A stretch of 64,000 bases of DNA from Cycas panzhihuaensis (GCA_023213395.1 CM041465.1:171375741-171439740), one strand, 5' to 3'. Counted from the first letter of the stretch, positions 1-14,337 are shown. Notes: generated from the letters alone by a model not told the origin. Numbers and translations are program-made.

Positions 1-300
1 GGAAGAGGTTAATGTCAAAAAAAGGAAGTAACATAAATATATTACATTGATTTATTAATCAAATATAATAGAGGGGAGTAAAGGTTATAAATGCCTTATA
101 TTATAATAAAGAGAAGGTTAATTTTAACATTAAGAAAAAGTTAAAGGGAAAGGGTTTTTGTTCATATATCAATTATAATGGAAAAAATAATTTTAATAAT
201 AAAGTGTGGGGGGGAATGTAACATGAATGTAGTGATTAATATAAAGAAGGAAGGGTTAATTTTAATTTATAAACTAAATGTTATAATGGGGGGAGGGTTG

Positions 301-425
<125 letters not shown>

Positions 426-1045
426 AAAAATAAACAAAGCATGGACGCGACGGGTTTATTTGATTGATAAAAAAAAAAAATGAAATGCAAGATAGATTAG
501 GGTCCAAGGAGGGGGGGTAAGGACGAAACCCTACCTACCTGGTAATGCTCTCCATGGCAGCGCTCTGTCTTATATCTTCGTCTAGTTGTAAGGCTTTGAT
601 GGTGGCTTCTCGGCTGAGTGCATGTCTTTTTGGTTCGTGGTGGCAATGAATCTTTGGCAATGATCTTTTGATAATAGATGCGGTGAAGGCAGTTTCAGTA
701 TGCAATCGATTGCAAACCATACTTATCTCTTCCTCACCCCAATAAGCCTTGGATGTTCCTTTCGGATTCGATAAGTAGATCATCTCTACCAACAAAGAGT
801 TAGATTGGGGATTCGATACGTTGCCATGCAGGAGGATCATGCTATCTCCATTGCAATTGCAATCAGGCAGAGATGAGGCGGACGTTGGTTAGAACGATAA
901 CACACGTTCTGATCATAACACCCTAACAAAGAGGAGACATGATGATGAGATAGGTAGCATGGGTCCAGATGCAGAGGAAATTCAACCTCTCAAAGAATGG
1001 AAGGCTACCGAAACTATCTTGAACAAAGCTGATCAATGTAATGTG

Positions 1046-1500
1046 GAGGCGCAGTGGGCTTATCCCGTAGACTTCGTCACTGCGGGGCTTGGTTTTCATC
1101 TTCAGTGGTGGGATCATAGAAGATCGGGCAGTCTGGTATCACAGTATCTCAAGAATTTGATTCAGGGGAGCACTATGAAAGTGATACATTCGATTGATGT
1201 TCACCTATCAAGAAAGCACATTTTTGTGGTAGGAGGCTCTGCTGGTTCAATGTTTGCATGGGACCTTCGATGGAAACAAGAGACCATTCCACTTTTAGGC
1301 ATTAGATCTTGTACTAGACAGATTTTAGGTATTCTTTCTGAAAGTGAGGTTTGGGAGGTGAAACATGACCACTGCATACAATCTGCTGGCCTGGGCACTG
1401 CATCTATCAAGATTCCACCTTTGACATTGATCTAGAAAACCTCAGTGATATAATCTGTGAATTGGAATGGGAAATAATTTTATTTTCGAAAAGGTCCTAA
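1046..1500 (+). pseudogene. NUP43: NUP43 (WD40 nucleoporin) C-terminal pseudogene fragment with internal deletion and frameshift
   Basis: AQWAYPVDFVTAGLGFHLQWWDHRRSG, IHSIDVHLSRKHIFVVGGSAGSMFAWDLRW and LSESEVWEVKHD match plant NUP43 motifs as I recall them (WASPTEFVTGG, HSIDIHPSRKH, GGSSGTVFAWDLRW, LSESEVWEVQYD). A second frame at 1420-1500 reads FDIDLENLSDIICELEWEIILFSKRS*, matching the NUP43 C-terminus (FDID...DVICSLEWE). About 30 codons between the two blocks are missing, and the N-terminal half is absent. Confidence 0.85.
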
Positions 1501-1555
1501 TTAGTTCAATCAACTTTCTGATGCTTATTGATAAGGTCTTCACATTAGTATCACT

Positions 1556-2011
1556 ATTATGATACCGTGTCAGAATAGGTATCATGCACAATGTCAGAGG
1601 ATGAAGAAGTCAAGAAAACATAGGTAAAGAGACATTGCACACGTACACAGAATTTGATAGGTGGAAAACCGCTTTTAGGGAAGAAAAACCACCTCCTAAG
1701 CTAAGAATTTATTAATATCAGAAACTATACATAAAACCTTGATAAGAATACCCTCTAAATACAACAAACTAGCCTTTCAAACAGGCTTTGTACAACCTCC
1801 TAGATTCTCGGAACCACTTCCTAGAATCTAGGAGAGGGTATTTGTAACAAGACAGGTTCGTTGAAATGGTCAGTTGCGCATTTCAATGACCTTCACATAA
1901 TAATTAAATAATAACATACATTAAACCTTTACATAACTTAAATTTATAATTACACATGTGATATAAAGATAAAGTAACAATAAAATAAAACTAACATTAA
2001 TAATCCTAACA
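1556..2011 (-). mobile_element. Copia-type LTR (1568-2011) with degenerate tRNA-Met PBS, minus strand
   Basis: TG at 1568 follows GATACCG, a degenerate reverse complement of TGGTATC. The segment ends ...CCTAACA at 2011. It shares two hairpins and the GGTTTTT..CCC..GGTTTTCC motif with the LTR at 6437-6874, in the opposite orientation. Confidence 0.6.
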
Positions 2012-2157
2012 CTTAACAAAAATAAGCTAACCTTAATGATATTTTCTCTTAATTAAAATTAAATGTTGTGATTATATTTAATCATGGATTAATATCTTTT
2101 TTTTCACCTTCTTGTTCTCATTAAAGAGGATCTCTAGTCATCAGTTTCTTGTCCAAT

Positions 2158-5100
2158 ATGGCACTCATGCTAGGGACAATCTCTTATACTCTAATTCTAA
2201 TTTTAATTGGCTTTAATTATGTTAAATGGAAATCTAGAATATCCTATCACCTGAAGCAACAAAAGCTTTGGTGATATGTTACAGGAGAATTTGCGAAACC
2301 CACTGATACTAAATTAGAAGTTTATATGGTATCTCTAATAAACTATGATGGAGCCCTAGGCACCATCTTATTCTCTTTCTTGCTAGACATAAGTAGGTGT
2401 TTCTCTAAAATAGATGATTTTGCATTCGTTTGAAACACACTTAAGGAAAAGTATGACAAGGTTGATGCACAAAAGCTAATTGTTCTCAAATAATAAATAT
2501 ATGATCTAAACTATGAATATTTCTCTAAAGTTATGGATTTCTTATCGAAACTTCAACTCATCAACAGAAACATAGGAAATTGTATAAAATCCATAACAAA
2601 AGAAGGTGACAAAGTTATAACTATTATACATGCAAACGATGACAATATACTCATTCATCTAACTATTAATAAACTTCATAAACACTTATCTCTTCAAATA
2701 TATTAAGTGACAAGCCAGATACCCTTCAATAACTTTTAATTAGTTAATAAATCAACTAATTAAACACTAGATAATGTTAATACATACTAAAAAATTACAA
2801 GATTCTTCCCAGGCTCTTTTTTCCAAGTCAGAGCCACCAAACAAATCTAAAAACCAATATAACCATCAAAATAATCACAATAGTTACCCCAAAATTTAAA
2901 AATCCCATGGAGCTTCTTCTTCAAATAACTTCAATCAAAATTCTAAGTACTCTGGACCACTAAAAAGCCATAATACTTTTAAACAATCATTCTAAAAATA
3001 GAATACTTTCAATTTTAACCCTAATCAGAATGTAAGTCATGCCTACTATTATAAAAATGGGTATATAATAGATGTCTATAGGAATAGAATTGCTTCTAAA
3101 GCCTAGAAAGCTTCTAAGAGAATCTAACCATGATCCCATAATTCTAATCATTCTTTAACTACCATAACATAAGCACTTTCTGCCCCTACTTCATAACCAC
3201 CTTTATAGATCTTAGATTATGGTGCATCCCATCATATGATAGGCCACCAAGAATATCCAAATTCCTATCAGTCTAATCTTAATTTTGAAGAGGAAATTTC
3301 TTATGGAAGTGGATCTTAATTAAAAGTCAAAGGTATTGGTGATGTTACCTTAAAAGATGGTTCAATCAAATATGTATTTTATATTCCAAGCTTGCTTTCT
3401 AATCTTTTATTTGTTTATCAATTTTATTAAAAAGACCTTATTGTCGAATTCTAGAAAGATAGATTCATTATCAAATAACCTTTCAATAAATTCAAAACTA
3501 TTGCTTCAAGACCTATTGATCACAAAATAGGTCTGTATAGTTTAATAAATATAAATCAATCCAAAACTAAATCTTTTAGTGTCTTTATAGTTAAATCTGA
3601 CCCAGTCAGTAAGCTATGGCATGCCTAGTTTGGCCATGTAAGTTTTAGAAAATTACGATATCTAAATTAGCATGATATGGTACACGGGCTTCCATCCCTA
3701 TCTATTGTTCATGGTGTTTGTGAAGCCTGTGTAATAGATAAATAACATACGGATCCCTTTCTGTATCAAATATTATTTCAAGTAAAAGTTCCACTTGAAA
3801 TTGTTCACTTAGAAATTTGTGGCCCCTTTTAAGTACCATCATACTTTAAAAAGAAATATTTTATTACTGTTATTGATGACTTGTCTAAGAAATGTTTGGT
3901 ATACATACTCAAAAATAGAGATCAAATATTTGATATATTTATTGAGTTTAAAACATTAGTTAAAAACTAATCCAATTCTAAAATTAAAATCTTTAGATCT
4001 AACAATACTAAAGAGAACTTAAGTAATAAATTTACCTCATATTATAAAAAACACATAATTAAATTTTAATATTCTATTGCTTATACTCCTAAATAGAATG
4101 GTATTTCTGAACTTAAGAACCATACTCTTGTGGAAATGACCATATGCATGATATATACAAAAGGTCTTCACTTAAAGTTGTGGGCTAAAGCAATAACTTA
4201 CTCCAACTATCTATTAAATCATTTACCATGTAAGTCCTTATAGAAAGTTACACCAGAATAAAAGTGGTCTGATAAAAAATTATCTGTATAATATCTTTGA
4301 GTTTTTGGTAGTACTACTTAGTGACATATTCTAAAAGAAAAATAAAATAAACTTAATCCTAAAAGTATAAAATTTATCTTCGTTGGGTACAGTAAAGAAA
4401 GTAAAGCCTATAGATTGTTAGATCCAATCACACATAAAGTTTCAATTTTACATAATATTATTTTTGATGAAAATGGATCTTTATTAAAAATAAATCTTAT
4501 AGAACTTCCTGTTGAAAGCCTACTAACTAAGACTTACTTAATTGAACCCTAAGAAAAATAAACTGATATTGAAGTAGTCGATAGTTTATCCATACAAGTC
4601 TAGAATTGGTCCTTAACTGAACCTAATATATCAGATTCATCCACTTTTAATTAACCAACTTCTTCTAATCAATCTTCCACTTCTAATTCTTCTTCAAGAA
4701 ATAAGTAGCCAGTTTGAACTCAAAAAACCCTTTCAGCTACTCATTCTAGTGTTGGTAATCCATTGAATACTAAGAAAAATAAATCACAAAAACAACAAGC
4801 TAACTTTGCATTAATGGCCAGTAACAATCTTAAAACTTATAAAGAAGCTTGTTATAATCCTGTATGGGAACAAGCCATACAAGTAGAATATGATACTCTT
4901 CAAAAAAACTTGACTTGGGATTTAGTCCTATTACCCCCCAATAAGAATTTAATAGACTGCAAATAGGTTACTAAACTAAGAATAATTTAGAAGGAGCAAT
5001 TAAGAAACATAAGGCTCATTTGGTTACCGAAGGATTTTCTCAGTTTGATTGTATTGATTACACTAAAAACTTCACTCATGTCACTAAAATGAATACAATC

Positions 5101-6872
5101 AAAATAATTATATCTCTTGTAGCTAAATTTAGCTAGGAAATACATCAAACAAATGTAAAGATCACTTTCTTGAATGGTGATCTTAAAGAAGAAATCTATA
5201 TAAATTAATCCCTTGGATTTGTATCTAATCTTAATCTTGTTTGCAAACTGAAAAAAATATTATATGGTCTTAAACAAGTTCCCAGAGTTTGGTACATTAA
5301 GATCAATAACTATCTTCTTCAAAATGGATATACTAAATGTGTTAGTGATCCTAATATTTATTTCAAATAATAAGATGATAACATTACTATTTTAATTATT
5401 TATGTTGATGATATTATAATAACTGGATCTCTACTTTCTCACATTCATCAATTAAAATCAATTTTAATGAGTAAATTTGAAATGATAGACTTAAATCTTT
5501 TATATTATTTTTTAAGTCTAGAGATCTGTCAATCTGAATAAAAAATAACTATATTACAACCCAAGTATATTATTGATTTAATAAAAATATTTAATATAGA
5601 AAATGCAAACACAACTCCAACCCCTCTATAATTAAGTATGAAATCAATAATTAACTACCAATCTCTAACTTGTGATTCCACCTTATATCGTCAATTAATA
5701 GGTAGTCTTATTTACTTAACCCATACTCACCTAGATATCTCCTATGCTATTGCCTTGTGTTCAAGAAACATGTAAAAATCTCATGAATCACATTAGAAAG
5801 CAACTAAATGAATCTTATGTTATCTTCAAGGTATAATTTACCATGGTCTCACCTATAACTTTTGTAATACTAACCTTAAGTTATTAGGTTATATAGATTT
5901 AGATTGGGTAGGTGACTCCAACGATCGAAAATCAATAGCTATTTATGTCTTCTTCCTCAACTCTTCACCGATCACTTAGTCTAGCAAGAAGATGCAACCA
6001 TTAGTATTATCTACGATAGAATTTAAATATCAAGCATTGGTAGAAGCTAGTAAAAAATCACTTTAGATTAAAACTCTATTAAATGAGTTTAGTTTTTTTT
6101 TTTACTCTTCCATTCAAATAAATGTTGATAATTAAGTTGCAATATCTATAGCTACTAATCTTGTATATTCTAGAACTAAGTACATAGAATTATATCAACA
6201 TTTTATTTATAATCTTGTTAATGATAATACTATTAATTTGTCTTATTATCCTACAGATCTACAGATTGTTGATATTCTAACAAAGGCATTCATTGAAGTA
6301 AAGTTCATAAAGCTATGAGAATTATTAAAGATTAATGAAGTCTTCATCAAAGGGCGAATACCATTATAAAGCCTTCATCATCTTCTTTTCTATCTTCTAA
6401 ATCATATATTACAGAAAATATAACATTAAAAGGGGATTTTAGATGTATTATGTATCCTAATGTTATCTTTTATAACTATTGAATAATGAATGTATTTAAT
6501 TAAAAGTTAAAAGGTTATTACAAAAAGTTCGGTGAAATGGATAATCATCCATTTCAATGAACCTTTTTCCCATAATTATTCTAGAATCTTTCAAGCATGG
6601 TTGGCTTGGAAAATTCAGGAGGTTGGTTGGTATGGTTATATAGGTAGAAGAGACTGATTAAAACTACAAACAGAGGATGAGATCCTCATCACCATTATTC
6701 TTTAATGTATTTGCTTTATTATTATTATTATAAAATTATTATATTTAGATATGGTTTTTTCTCCCCTAAGGGAGTTTTCCGCCTGCCATATCTAATGTAT
6801 CTTGTTTTGTTGGATTTACTGTTAATGGTTTATGATTATACCTATATTTATGAATTAATACCCTCTCTCCAA

Positions 6873-6874
<2 letters not shown>
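2158..6874 (+). mobile_element. Degenerate Ty1/copia retrotransposon (gag-PR-INT-RT-RH, PPT, 3' LTR)
   Basis: Domains run in copia order: gag FNYVKWKSRI..QQKLW; protease ILDYGASHHM (~3210); KLWHA*FGH (~3610); integrase LEIVHLEICGP and YTPK*NGISELKNHTL; RT KHKAHLVTEGFSQ with YVDD at 5401-5412; RNase H DWVGDSNDRKS and QIVDILTKA. A purine tract at ~6428-6436 precedes the LTR. Many premature stops. Confidence 0.95.
6437..6874 (+). mobile_element. 3' LTR of the copia element
   Basis: Follows AAAAGGGGA (PPT). Termini are decayed (TTTTAG... and ...CCAATA), and it runs into a (TA)n tract. Its motifs match those of 1568-2011. Confidence 0.65.
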
Positions 6875-7368
<494 letters not shown>

Positions 7369-7369
7369 T

Positions 7370-7943
7370 TGTTAGCAATAATATTCATTATTTTATTAAA
7401 GGTGTACATAAATTATCTTGGGACTTCACAAGTTGTCAATAGTCATTAACAACCATCAAATATGTATTTTAAATTATTATTTCGAATTTAAAAAGGGTTG
7501 GTGGATGGTGGGTTCCCTCCCAACTATAAATAAATGGAATTTTGCCCAAAGTTGTTTACCAACATCGCCATTATATCAAAATTTTGTTACAATGGATACT
7601 TAACATATATATTTTTAACAATAATATTCATTATTTTATTAAAGGTGTGCATAAATTACCTTGGGACTTAACAAGCCATCAATAGCCACCAATAGTCGTC
7701 AAGTATATATTTAAAATTATTATTTTAAATTTAAAAAGTATTGGTGGATGGTGAGTTCTCTCCTAACCATAAATAAATGGCATTTTGTCCAAAAGTGTTT
7801 ACCAACACTGTTATTATGTTAATATTTTGTTACAATGGATACCTAATATTAATCTTTATATTCTTTATATTATATTCTTTTACAAATATGGAATAACTAT
7901 TATTCCACTCTATTCCCATATTTACTTCATTTGGTATCAGAGC
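7370..7943 (+). mobile_element. LTR (7370-7929) with an internal ~243-bp tandem duplication, followed by a tRNA-iMet PBS (7932-7943)
   Basis: Starts TGTTAG, ends TTCA, then an exact TGGTATCAGAGC. CAATAATATTCATTATTTTATTAAAGGTGT occurs at both 7376 and 7619. No coding domain recognised in the following ~1.2 kb. Confidence 0.75.
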
Positions 7944-9205
7944 TTCTTGGGTTGGCTTCATTTAGCTACATTTGACATCAAAGCAAAGATTTCTTAATTT
8001 TAAAGCAAAGATTTATCAAAAATGTCTCACTACAAGTATTATATTAAATTTTTATTCATTTTTATAAAATTTATTAATAATTTTTTATATTATTTTATTA
8101 AATATTTGACTATTTTGATTCATATGCTTAATATAATCTGTATTTTCTTATATCTATGTAATAATAGTTGGTATAATCATCTTGGCATTCATTTAAAGTC
8201 ATTACATTGAGGTTTTATTTAATATTTTATAAGATTTTAATAGTTTTCTCACTATTTTTTTAGGTTTTTTTATAAATCTAAAATTCTATAGGCTAGTGCA
8301 CTCTCCACAGTGGTTGAAACTATCTTAAATGACCATTCATTTGAAAGTTATCTAAGTCAGCTTTGCACTGGATTCAACAGTTTTAAATTCTGTTGCCTCT
8401 TAGTGGAGATATTGCTTTTAGAAGCTCACCCTCTCTAGCTGCCTACTGAAACCCTAGTGCACCATTTAAAAATCATTAGTTTATGCATTGATTTCTCTCT
8501 AATATCTCTAAAGTAGGGTTGTAGGTCCATTAGTGACTACATAAAGATATTTTGTGAGTTATTTTACCATCTGTTTCGATTGTATGAACTCTAGTTAACC
8601 ATTTGACTTCCAAACTTTTTGTCATTTCATTCTGGCTCTTTGCTTAGTGGAATCTAAGAAAACTTAAGGTGTGTCTCTATGTTGGGCATCTCTTACTTCT
8701 CCTAAACTTTTGTCTCAATCTGAGATGTGTATGAAGAGATTTAGCTCCCTAAACTTTTTACATATGTGTCGACCTGTGAAATCTATAAACATTATTTTTT
8801 ATATTTTAAATCATTTTTAAAATAGAGCTGCAATGAGTAATTTCCACTTTGGTGCCAAGGGGTTTCAGTAGATAGAGAGACAGACTACGCTTCCAAGAGC
8901 TATACCTCACTATAGGAGCGACGATTTTTCGAACCGCCTTCTCTTAAGCGTAGAGGACTTGGAGAAGAGTCAAATGAGTAGTCACTTGACATAGTTCTGA
9001 GTAGTGTGGAGATCACATCATCCTGCCAAAGTTCAGGAATCTAATAGAACCTTAAAAAAATAGTGAAAAATGATTCAAATCTTATAAAATATTAAACGAA
9101 ACCTCAAAATAATTACACCAAATGATTGTTGGGATAAATGTGCACGCCATAACTAAAAAATCTAAAGAAATATAGATTAAATGGACTATATATATCAATA
9201 ATAGC

Positions 9206-10509
<1,304 letters not shown>

Positions 10510-10572
10510 TAATATTAATAAACTATAAAAAACCGATCGAAATATTAAATTCATGTGTGAAGTGGAATCGAT

Positions 10573-10996
10573 GCTCTGATACCAAATGTGGGAACTGAAC
10601 CTGGCTTTAGGTGAACTAATGTGCTATGGTACCAAATGTAGGTGTAAGGAGAACAGAGTAGAGCAGGTGAATGCATATTACTTAAGCCATATTCAAAATA
10701 CACATTTAAAATAATATTATATTTATCCATTATGAAGAGAGTACATAGCATTTCTAATTAGATGCCGATGTTAAAAAATACCAGGGAGGTATTCCCTTAA
10801 TATATATAGTTTGGGAATGTAGAGGACAGCGTCTACCTGACAATTCAAACAAATAATAAAAAATAAAATAAAATAATATACATGCGTGCCTTAGTTGGCT
10901 CGTTGATGGCTCTAATGGACTCTATGTGACTTTAGGTAGCTTTTGGGGGCCCAAGGTGCATGCACATACACTTCACAAATGGGCATTATCCCAACA
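10573..10996 (-). mobile_element. Minus-strand LTR (10587-10996) with tRNA-iMet PBS (10573-10584)
   Basis: GCTCTGATACCA (reverse complement of the PBS), then AA, then TG; ends ...CCCAACA. Shares short motifs (TATCCATT, GATGGCT, CCCAAGGT..ATGCACA) with the reverse complement of the 7370-7929 LTR. Confidence 0.7.
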
Positions 10997-11759
10997 AGGG
11001 CCAAGGTTGGCATGGGGGAATCTTTATTTGGATCATCATTAAGTAATTATGTTAGTTGATGTTTAAGCTAGTATTTAGTTATTATTCATGTTACTATCTA
11101 AATCTTTATTTGAATTACATATGGACCTCTATTTAAGTTATTTTTTAGCCTTATTTTGGTTATAATAAGACTTTAATTGAGTCTATATTTATGTTTGCAT
11201 TTGAAACATTATTAAGGTCATTATTTGGACCATTTTTAAGGGGTCACCATTGGTTAATAAATTTAGTTAAGGCTTGATTCATTAATAAGCTATAAATATG
11301 ACTATATTAGCAACATTTTTATTGATCTTAGTAGGGCTTGGAAAAAAGAAGAAGTGAAGAATAAGGTTAATAATTTAGTTATTAGTCCAACTTCTATATT
11401 AATGGTTGCCTTCTATCTATATTGTATTATAGATTTTGACTCTTGCAAACATATATTTTTATTTCATATGTGTGTGTCTGAAGGAGACTAACAGTTAAAA
11501 TTTATAACATTAACTTTTACCTCTAAGATTCATTTGTGATTTTTATTCTAATTATCCTTTCTTGTGTTTATTCTACCATGCTTAACATGTTATCAAACTT
11601 TTGATTCTTATCATTGTATTTATTCTATAGTATAATGTGTTTTTTTTAACAATTCAATTATAAAAATGATATAATCTAAAAAGTAATTAAATATAGAGAA
11701 ATATTAAAATTATATAATTTTAAACATTCATTTTAAAAATAATTATTTTATTTATAATT

Positions 11760-11921
11760 TTTCTTTTGACGATATGTACTAAGCAAATGGAATCTAATCT
11801 CTGTTTATTGAGGTTTATCACCCTATCATCTAGTTCTCCTCTATAATCCCACGTGGGGATCAAACTTAGAACTTCCAACACCAAAGGGTAGATACTTATT
11901 AATACACCCTGGCACCCAACC
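11760..11921 (-). mobile_element. tRNA-derived SINE (~160 bp) with 17-bp TSD
   Basis: The minus strand has a decayed B-box (GTTCTAAGTTTGATCCCC, compare GGTTCGATCCCC) about 50 nt from the 5' end and an A-rich tail (GTCAAAAGAAA). It is flanked by TTATTTTATTTATAATT (11743-11759) and TTATTTTATTCATAATT (11922-11938). The A-box is poorly conserved. Confidence 0.75.
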
Positions 11922-11997
11922 TTATTTTATTCATAATTAAAAGAGAGAAATATTAACAAAAAAGAATTTATGAAATCTTTGGATTGGAGATTGAGAT

Positions 11998-13050
11998 ATA
12001 GGTTGAAAATTTTTAATTCTAATTGATTCTAACTATAAATATTCTTATGTGTATTTATTATCCTTGAACAATTACTATTATCTATTACATATATACATAC
12101 ATTTACATTTTGGTATTAGTTACATAGATGAAGTAAATTAGAAATAGGTATAGTTAGTACTTTCACTACCACCTTAAAGATGATTCATATGTAGAGTGAT
12201 TTAAATTTTTTAAAACTATATACAAATATAAGAGGCATTTAAATGCAAAAGGTGATATTAATTTTTAAAAGTAGTTTTAAGTTTAAAAATAATTTTGGTC
12301 TTCATTGTTAGCATATGCAAGTGTGAATCTAGAAGTAATTATTCTATTTATTGTTTTTATTATTGGAAAAGCCCTATATTCATGCAAAATGAAGAATTAA
12401 GGCAGGATAAAATATTTAGTATATCTAAAAGTTGCCTCTAGAATTATTTTGATTTATGGGGCCTTATCCTATTAACATTTAGGGTTAAATATATACACCT
12501 ACTAGGACTTTGAGCAAGCTTAGGCACATGAAAACGTAAGTTTTTATACCCTTAATAGGAACTTGTGCACACTAAGTAGATGTGCTTATTTAGGAAATCA
12601 AGCCCTTATACCTTAGTCATTATGACATAGGTTTCATATTTTTTGGGTAATATTTTCAAGTATAAGACCATGAAAGGAGAGAGATAATGATGAATTTTAG
12701 AATTAGCAATATATATCTTGATTTTGTGTATGTTTTTTAAGGAGATGTGAACATAAGCATATGAACTTCTCTTTACTTGGGCATTTCCACCTTAGTGTAC
12801 CTCTAATTATTGTCCTATATTATGCACTTATTATGACTCTCTTACCTATCTTATTTTTAACATTTATGTACTATTTTCAAGGATGAGATGGAGGAATAAA
12901 AGAAGTGTCGATAGATTCAATGTAACTTTAAAGGTGATTCTAACAGTACTAATGCACTTGTAGCTTCTTAATCATATACATATGCATGCCATGGTTCACT
13001 CTTGTTTATATATCATTGTACTATGAATTTGTAGGAAAGTAAAATGTTAA
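11998..13050 (+). repeat. Segment X: duplicate of 49218-50410, the sequence upstream of the receptor kinase
   Basis: Colinear high similarity from ATAGGTTRAAAATTTTTAATTCTAA to GGAAAGTARAATGTTAA. This copy lacks ~140 bp near 13020. Confidence 0.95.
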
Positions 13051-14337
13051 TAAGATGATAGATACCCTATCCTAGATTTTAGGACCTCCTTCTACCTCTT
13101 AATCCTTTATAGGACTTAATATATAAATTATAATAAATTTCTTAATAAAATACTTTACTATAGCCTTCTGGGATTTAAAACTTAATTTCCTTAGAGTTAA
13201 GAAATAGATTGAAAGATGATGTAGAGGGCGTAAAAGAAAATTTTATCTAGTTACCATGTAAGGATTTAATATAAAGGCTCCACTTTGGAATAAAATTTCT
13301 CCATGAAAATGGCACCAAAATATATCATATCATATATCAAAATGACTATTTTTGAGACGAGATTCTAAAATTTAGACTCTTTAGAAAATGGACTCCTAGA
13401 ACTTAAGATATTAAAGAAAATACATAGGTGCCTCTTTATGAAAAAGAAAATTAGGTGGATTAGGGTTTAACCCCTCTCAATAATTAGTGGTTGGATATAT
13501 AAGACTATCAAGGACTAGGAGCTAAAGTCACTAAGAGCTAATAAACTCTTAATAGAATTCTAATCTAGCTTAAATTTTTTAAATTATTGTAAAATAAATA
13601 TATATATATATATCCAATGTTAAACATTTCACCTACATGTAAAAAATTCTTCCTTAGTCTACAAAAAAGTTAAATAAACTCTATAAATAATAGATCAAAT
13701 AAAATTCGTATAGGTGAGGTTGAGGCACTGATGGATCACTCAATGTAGATTCCTCATATACTTATAGTGGGTATAGATAAGTTCTACACCACAGAGACTA
13801 AATCTCCACGGAGCAACTTAAGATGACATAATCTCTAAAGGTAGAATGACTATGAGTGATGAATCCAAGGGCATACGTCTCCATACATAGTAGTGAACCA
13901 ACAGAGTTCCACAAATGATTCATACTAGGATGGTCACATAATATGAATTAAAGGCGCCATTTAGATAAGAAGATATATGTCATGTGGAGTATAATAAATA
14001 TAAATGAATTTTAATGATTTTAAATAAGGAGAATATATTTGAATGGATTCTCAAATAGACTTGGAATAACTCCATAATTAAATAGAAAATGGCTTCAAAA
14101 TAAAATTGAACAGACTGTAATAGGTATGTCTACTAACACACAAACTACATAATCTTGTATATGTAACTTAGAGTTTCTTTGTCAAACTGGATAACACAAA
14201 TAACTAAATCTATATAGCCACCTCCTCACAATCAATGAACTAGGGTTTTACCTTAACATTGGTAAACTAGTAAACCTATAAAATAATAGACTTGTAATAT
14301 ATCTTTCTTTTCATCGTAGCTCTAATATTTCACTTGA

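Noticed and set aside
1-300. Purine-rich degenerate repeats containing GGTTAAT
   Set aside because: No consistent period, truncated by the window edge, and not a telomeric array.
535-840. 101-aa minus-strand ORF
   Set aside because: No recognisable motif and stops lie just upstream; kept only as part of the chimeric-fragment finding.
13045-13070. TGTTAATAAG as the 5' end of an LTR element Y inserted twice
   Set aside because: No matching second LTR, TSD or resumption of X was found, and X itself ends in the same ATGTTAA. Deletion is more parsimonious, though insertion is not excluded.
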